Source: Neocallimastix sp. 'constans'
Taxonomy: Eukaryota
Length of the DNA: 64,000 nt
Direction: 5' to 3'
NCBI GenBank assembly: GCA_050613775.1
Contig: JBODTK010000132.1
Span: 248,001 to 312,000, forward strand
Positions 57,195 to 64,000 of this stretch are shown here, piece by piece. Numbering within the stretch: the stretch's first letter is position 1; every line of letters begins with the position of its first letter. The notes below the pieces were generated by a model. It was not told the DNA's origin. It made no database searches and worked only from the letters and a program-made list of their open reading frames with translations. A program made the position numbers and the translations under genes.

Positions 57195-57339
57195 AATAAA
57201 TAAACAATTATAATAAAAAATAATTATAAATGAATTATTAATTATTATGATTTTTAATAATTTAAACATTGAATAAATTTATTAAAAAAAAAAAAAAAAA
57301 AAAAAAGAACAATTAATATTAATTTAAAATATGAAAGAA

Positions 57340-58830
57340 TTAAAAATAGATAATTGACCTAAGAATATTCAATTCATTATATGAGTGAATCGCATAGTAA
57401 ACATAAAAAAATTATGGAATCACTGACCCAAAAGGTGCAGCTCTATTTTGATGTTTAACCATATTTAAACCTGATATAATGGGAAATTCCTAAATAGTCA
57501 TTATTTATACTAATCATAAACCGTTAGTAGGATTATTCAATAAAAAAGAACCAACAAATACTAGACAAACTAGGTGATGTATGGTTGCCTATCTTTTAGG
57601 GGTCGAAGTTTGTTATGAATCATATGAATCTGATAAAAAGGTCTTAGCTACTAAGATTATAAAAGAAGTTGATGAAACTCTATTATCCAAAGTACTAAAA
57701 GTATTTATTAAAGAAAAGTTTATTATTCTAAATTGTATTGAATATTTCATGGTTGGAAATATTTATCTCAAATCAATAACTGATCTTAATGAAAAATTAA
57801 AATTAATTCTTGAAGCCCATCAAATTGGTCATGAAGGTTATTGTAAGACTTACCAATGACTAAAAAAATGTTACTACTGGAATGGTATGATTAACATATA
57901 AAAATAGTTATTTCTAAATGTGAAAATGTCAACTTAATAAATCTCAACCATATCTAGAGTCAACAAGATATTCCAACCGAAGTGGAAGGACCCTTTACAT
58001 TTTGGACAAGATCTTATTGGACCTCTAGAAAAGACTTATAATAATAACCAGTATATAATAGAAGTAGTATATTATTTTACCAGATAGGTAGAAGCTACAC
58101 CTATTAAGATTATAACCTCTCATAATTATATAAAATCTATTATAAATGTTTTAGCAAGACATGGTGTACAATAAGTAATTAAAATGGATTCTACTGGTGT
58201 CCAATTTACATCTGATATGATCAAAATATTTCTTGATCCTCATGATAGTTACGTAAAATTTAGTACAACTTTTCATCCTGAAACAAATGGTCTTACTGGT
58301 AACTGTAAAATATAAATTGGTAAAAATTACTTAGATTATTAAATGAAAAACATAAAGAGTGGAACAAGGTATTACCGTATGCTTTTTGAGCTCTCCATAC
58401 TACTAAAAATTCAGTTATGAATCACACTAGCTTTGAACTTGTATATAGTCCCGAAGATCAACAATCATTTGATATTACTATTAGATCAACTAAAATTAAC
58501 AAATCTTCTAATGAAATACTCCTCAAAAAATTTGTTAAATAATTATCTATAAGCTGCCACAAATGTTAAAAATGCCAGAAAGTATTAGGCCATTAGAAGA
58601 GGAAAAAAAAATAGTATGAACAAAGCCAAAACAGTTAAACCAGGTGATTTATTTTTAGTAAGAAACTTCTCTAGAACTAAGATTGAATATTACTTTGTAG
58701 GACTTTTGCAAGTAATTAGATAGCTGTTTAATACAATAACTCTTGCTGATCCGAAGTCCAAAAATCAAATGAATCCTAATGTACATTTGATGAGCATAGT
58801 AAAGTTTAACTCAACTTTTGTGTGGCATAA
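57340..58830 (+). mobile_element. Decayed Ty3/Gypsy pol fragment (RNase H end, integrase zinc finger and core)
   Basis: IYTNHKPL (cf. TDHKPL), EAHQIGHEGYCKTYQ*LKKCYYWNGM, GQDLIGPL, YFTR*VEATPI, GVQFTS and STTFHPETNGL, with many stops and frameshifts. Confidence 0.88.
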
Positions 58831-59259
58831 ATCTCAATGGAAGCATATTAATAAAAAATAAGAAGAAATTATTATTTCAATTAAGTTTACCAAAAATAAC
58901 TTAGCCTGTAAAATAAAAGTCTTATAGAACTTTCCTATATTCTAAAAATTAAATCAAAAAGAATTTAATGTTTTGAATAATTTTTTTTTATGATAAATAA
59001 TTTATATATAGTTTTTTTAATAATTAGGATTTTATTTATTATTATTGTATCATTTATAATATAGTTTATTTTTCCTTCGAACGAGAAATAATTTGTCTAT
59101 TCAGATATTTAATTAGATAATGAAAAATAAATTTAATTTTTATGTCATATATTTTATAAATATCCATCTAATTTTTTACTTTATAGACTATAAACTGTTT
59201 TGTATTTTCCTTGTATATTAAGTATTTTAATTAAATTTTCCAATGCAAAGATATTGGCC

Positions 59260-60520
59260 GTTTTTTTTTTTAATCTAAAGAAGGCACTATTATCTATAAT
59301 AATAACATTAGTAAGATATTGTCATTTTTAGATCATTAAACATAATTAAAACTCTATTTTCATTAATATCTTTTGAATATAATATATTAGTGAATTTTAT
59401 ATTGTTAATATATCTTGTTATGTCCCAGATCTTTGAAACTTGTACTATTTCTTTTTCCTTTTGTTGGTCGTATCATGGATGTGTGATAATTTATAACATT
59501 ACGTAGATTTTATAGTGATTCTGTGTTATTTGAGTAAGCTCCAGAATCTTTTGATATTATATAACCATTGCGATAATCTGAATGAAATTTGTATTCATTA
59601 ATATATACATTTATGATCTTTCTATTTTTTTTTATTTGTGGGTATGTTTAGGATCATTAGAGGGAGTGTACTGTTATATGGTTTAATTTATTTATTATTC
59701 TCTGTGTAATTTGTTACTGATTTTTTTTATTTTCTATGTTATTTATAAATATGCCAAACCTTTATTGAAATTTATTTGATACATTTAATTTTCTTTGTGT
59801 AATTAGTCTTCTGAATTATTGAGAAATATTAGAATCTCCCAAATAATTAATTTTTAGAACATTTAATTAATAGGGGTTGTAGTTTGGTTCTTTTAGTCAG
59901 ATATTATTCCTTTCTAGGGGTTCGTGAGATTCTTCATAATCATTGAGTGAATCAATTATTTCAAGGTTATTTATGAGGTCTTTAGTAAGATTAATATTGG
60001 TAAATTTCACTGATATTTCTTTAATTTTAATGTTTAAGTTTCTTTTGTTGAAATTGTAATTTCTTGTATAATGAGCATGTTTGTCACAGATTAAGTAATG
60101 TTTTTCATTATTAGTCTTCCTGTAATACTACTGTTAATATTTCTCTGTGTCAATTTCTTTTTCTCTTTAAATTTTTATTATTGCTTCAATTATTGGTATA
60201 ACAATTACTTTTTTTAAATTTTTCCTGAAATGGTTTGTTAATTGCATTATTAATGAATGAAATTTCTTCTACTGGATGAGTGTCCTATTCATTCAGTGCC
60301 TTTTTTTTTGCTATGGTTCTAATTTTATTTATTCATTTACAGTCTCTTAAAAATTGTATTGATAGTTAAATTTAATATAGTTTTTATATTCTCCTGGGAG
60401 TTCATTTAGGAATAATTTGAATTTTTCATCTTCTTCATTGTTCTTACTCTAACTTTTGGAGAAAGTTGTAAAGATTTTCAAATTCAGTCTTAAATGTAAT
60501 GACCTCTTTATCCATCTTGG
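59260..60520 (-). mobile_element. Possible decayed LTR retrotransposon gag/protease remnant (Copia-like)
   Basis: The minus strand has YLICDKHAHYTRNY (degenerate CX2CX4HX4C knuckle) followed downstream by IISKDSGAYSN (cf. WI.DSGA protease); heavily disrupted. Confidence 0.45.
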
Positions 60521-60727
60521 CTCTTAGATTTTTTTTAACGATCATAAAGCACATAATTGTTTTATATCACTTTGAATTAATAATGATATAAAACGTTCAT
60601 TTCTGAACAATGCATTTCAGAACAGAACGTGGCTTTATATAAAATTTGTTGTACTTTGATACATCATTTATGTAAAAGGTTTAGTAAATAGTTTATTTAA
60701 TTTTCAAGATATATTCTAGTATTTTTT

Positions 60728-61169
60728 GGGAGTGGAGTATTTCGCCAATTTTTTGAACGCATGTGGCGTATTAAAAAATGTGGCATTTCGCCAAGTTGAA
60801 AATTATTAAATAAATAAATAAATTTTTTTTTTTTTTTTATAGACTGAAGACTTTGGTCTTCCCCATATAGTAATATGGGTGTATGATTAACTGCCATACC
60901 AGTACGGCGACGGCGCTCTCAACTCCCCATAGGCAAAGAAACTCCATATAGAAGCACCCTACGCGATCCTCGAGGGAATAAATAAATAAATAAATAAATA
61001 AATAAAATTAAATATTAATATTGAATAAAAACAAGTTTAAAAAAAATTATTTTGAATTAATATTTATTTATTTATTCATTCATTTATATTAATACTCCAT
61101 TTAGCGAAATGCAATATTTTAATACTACGCCACTTGGCGAAATGCAATTTGGGGAAATGCAACTCTCCC
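60728..61169. mobile_element. Non-autonomous Mutator-type MITE (442 bp)
   Basis: The ends GGGAG...ATTTCGCCAA and TTGGCGAAATGC...CTCCC form imperfect inverted repeats built from repeated CATTTCGCCAA/GTGGCGTA motifs. The flanking 9-mers GTATTTTTT (60719-60727) and GTATTTATT (61170-61178) match at 8 of 9 positions. Confidence 0.75.
60823..60978 (-). other. GC-rich, hairpin-rich insert ending in poly(A) on the minus strand (candidate retroposed SINE, LINE 3' end or structured RNA)
   Basis: 67 of 136 bases are G+C (60841-60976) in a very AT-rich background. It has three adjacent stems, a T16 run at 60823-60838 and (AATA)n on both sides. Confidence 0.5.
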
Positions 61170-61616
61170 GTATTTATTGTTAAATTTTTGTTAGAAAAAT
61201 AATAAAATATTAAATAATATTTTATTTTAAAGATATAAATTTTATTTATATTTTTTATTTATAATAAATTTTTTTTTTCCTCCATTTGTTTCGTTTCACT
61301 TCTTTCAATTTTTGGATTTTTTTTTTCCATTTTTTAATGTTTAAAAATAAAATATCTTTCAATTTTTGGATTTTTTTTTCCATTTTTTAATGGTTAAAAA
61401 TAAAATATATTTAATTTTTTATAATTTATTAATTATTTAATTATTTTTTTTTTTTATTATTAATTTTATCTATTGTTTATTTATTTAATTCTTTTTTTTT
61501 TTTTTAAATTTTAACAATTTTAAATAAAGTGTTTATGAGGAAAATTTTTTTTTTTTTTTTTTGATGTTTAAAAAAGAAAAAAAAAAATTAAAACATTTAT
61601 ATTTAATTAATTAATT

Positions 61617-61661
<45 letters not shown>

Positions 61662-62118
61662 CAATTATTTAAAAAATAAAAATGTGGTATGTTAAATTAC
61701 AGATCAAATTATTATTTAAAAGCCACGTTCTTAAATACAAAACATTCTAATTAATCCACAGCTAAATGTTACACAACATATAAATATATATAATAAAATA
61801 ATAATATATGAAAAAAAAATGTAATATAAGAATATATAATATTAATAAGAACAAAAGAATAATAAATAAGATGTAGAAATTTTAATAAAATGAAATATAT
61901 TTAAAGTTTTAGTAAAAAAAATTATATTTCATGTTTATTTGTTTAACATTTTAATTTATTTATTTATTTATTATATAATTTGCCACATTATAAAAACGAA
62001 AAATAAATATCATTATAATTCATATAAAGCCTCATTGCGAAATATAACACACCTGTTAGTTCATCATGTGTTTGAAAATTAACTTTTTTTTTTTTTTTTT
62101 AATTCATTAAATAACCTT

Positions 62119-62157
<39 letters not shown>

Positions 62158-63343
62158 ATTAAATAACCTTATTTTTTTTTTTTTAGTAAAGTTTAAATTT
62201 AATAATAATTATATGAAATAAAATAAAAAATTTTTATTTTTAAGTAGTAAATTTTTTATTTGTTTGTGAAGTTAAATTTAATAATAATTTTGTAAATTAA
62301 TATTACAAACCTATTTTATTAAAATAAAATTACAAACATATTTTTTTTAAAATGCAATATTTCATAAAAATAATGTGAAATAAAATAAATATTGAGATAA
62401 ATATAATAAAATAAAATAAAATTAAAAAATTCATTAAATACTAATTTAATATTTCATTTTATTAATTTGATAATTTGACAATCTATTCTCTGTTGTATAA
62501 ATATCCTAATAAATAAATATTTAAAATCATTAAATCATTAATCATTTATCTATCTAAACTTTATGCATTATTTTTTTTTTTTTTTTAACAACCGTAGCAG
62601 GATTTCTCCTCAGCTGCACATCCATAGACACACAATGGTTTGCAATATTATTGATATTAAAATAAAATAGATATTGTATTATTAAATATAATATACATTA
62701 TAAAATTAAATTTTACATCTCCATTTCTAAGTAGAAAAAGTAGATTATAATTAATTACAACTATTATATTTTTCTTTTCTTTTTGCAAAATTAACATAAA
62801 AATATAGTTAAATTTAATATGTAATGGTAATTATTGTATCAAATATAGTTATTCAAATCTAAAATATTCATAAAAAAAGATTTACTATGAAATTCAATTC
62901 ATAATTATTAGAAAAAAATTTTAACCTTTATGATTATCAAATAAAAAATAATGTAGCTATAATTAATAAATATAAAATAGCATAATTATAATTAATAAAT
63001 ATAATAATTTATTATTATTATTATTATTTATGTATCTTTTATTTATATCATGTATTAAATATATTAAGATATTGTTAAATGTTAAATAATAATATATAAT
63101 ATATACTAATGTTTAATTTCTATTTTAGATTATCAGTACTTTTATATATATATAAAAAAAAATATATATATATATATATATAAATTCAATTTTAAAGAAA
63201 TACTGGAAATTTTGATTATAATTCTAATCTATAAGTTTAACTATTAAAACTATTATTTTAAATAAACAGTTTTTTTATTACTTTAAAAAAGTTTTAATTG
63301 CATTTTTTTTAATAATTAATATTAAATTTTTATAATAATATGC

Positions 63344-63376
<33 letters not shown>

Positions 63377-64000
63377 TAATAATAATAGTAAAAATAACAA
63401 AATTTAAATAAAACAGAATTAAACTATAAATAAATATTCTAAATGTTTACATGATCTAGTGATATTTATAAAGTTCAACCATTATTTAATTGAATACTTA
63501 ATTATTATTATTTTTTTTAATAATTTTCAATTAAATAGAATATTAAAACTCTTCAAATGATAAAAATTTAAAAAATCATTTTTTTTCCAAATTTTAATTA
63601 TATACATAATACAGTCAATTTTTAATATGGTCTTTTTTTTAAAAAAGTTAAAATTAACAATTAATAGCTACCATTTTATAAATATAACTAAACACTTAAA
63701 TTATTTTAAAACTTATATTATAAATAATTAGATATTTTATTTAGTAAATTAAAAATGAGTAAACATAAAAAACTCTCTAAAATATTTGAATGTTTAATAA
63801 GAAAATTAAATACATATAGTATTATCATCTATCATTATATCATAATTATTATTACTATTATTTAAAATCTTTTTAAAACATAAAGTCATAACAATTTGAA
63901 GATAATCCTATTAATAATAAATGTCGTATAATTTTTTATCAATTCACTTTATATTCATAATATAGAAATACATTCAAAAATAGTAAGATTTAGGTATGAA

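Noticed and set aside
59510..59570. Merlin/IS1595-type transposase motif (DSGAYSNNTESL)
   Set aside because: No other IS1595 motifs were found; the upstream zinc-knuckle-like stretch favours a retrotransposon protease.
60697..60897. 66-aa ORF on the minus strand
   Set aside because: It runs through poly(A) and the MITE terminal repeat and has no protein-like features.
60844..60944. Hammerhead ribozyme (CTGAAGA ... GAAAC)
   Set aside because: Core words are present, but stem II closure, stem III and an NUH cleavage site with stem I could not be built.

Overview
Extremely AT-rich, intron-rich eukaryotic DNA with (AAT)n/(TTTTA)n/homopolymer-filled introns. The style and gene content point to an anaerobic gut fungus (Neocallimastigomycota); this is an inference. 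Eight spliced or single-exon genes were reconstructed by hand: a Cbf1-like bHLH factor (+), lariat debranching enzyme DBR1 (-), a universal stress protein with a long N-terminal extension (-), an orphan single-pass membrane protein (-), MSH2 (-), a METTL6/Trm141-type tRNA m3C methyltransferase (+), a large class C-like GPCR with a beta-helix/EGF ectodomain (-) and an F-box/LRR-like protein (-). Between genes lie decayed Copia, Gypsy and LINE fragments. There is a fully bounded 5.1-kb Mutator-like element (TIRs plus a perfect 9-bp TSD) with an inactivated transposase and an internal composite satellite, a second copy of that satellite 15 kb away, and a 442-bp Mutator-type MITE carrying a GC-rich, hairpin-rich, poly(A)-tailed insert. 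Most notable: the structured insert, the transposon-borne repeat/spacer-like satellite, the unusual GPCR, and frequent AAG splice acceptors, some preceded by poly(A) rather than a pyrimidine tract. No CRISPR array, tRNA or rRNA was seen.
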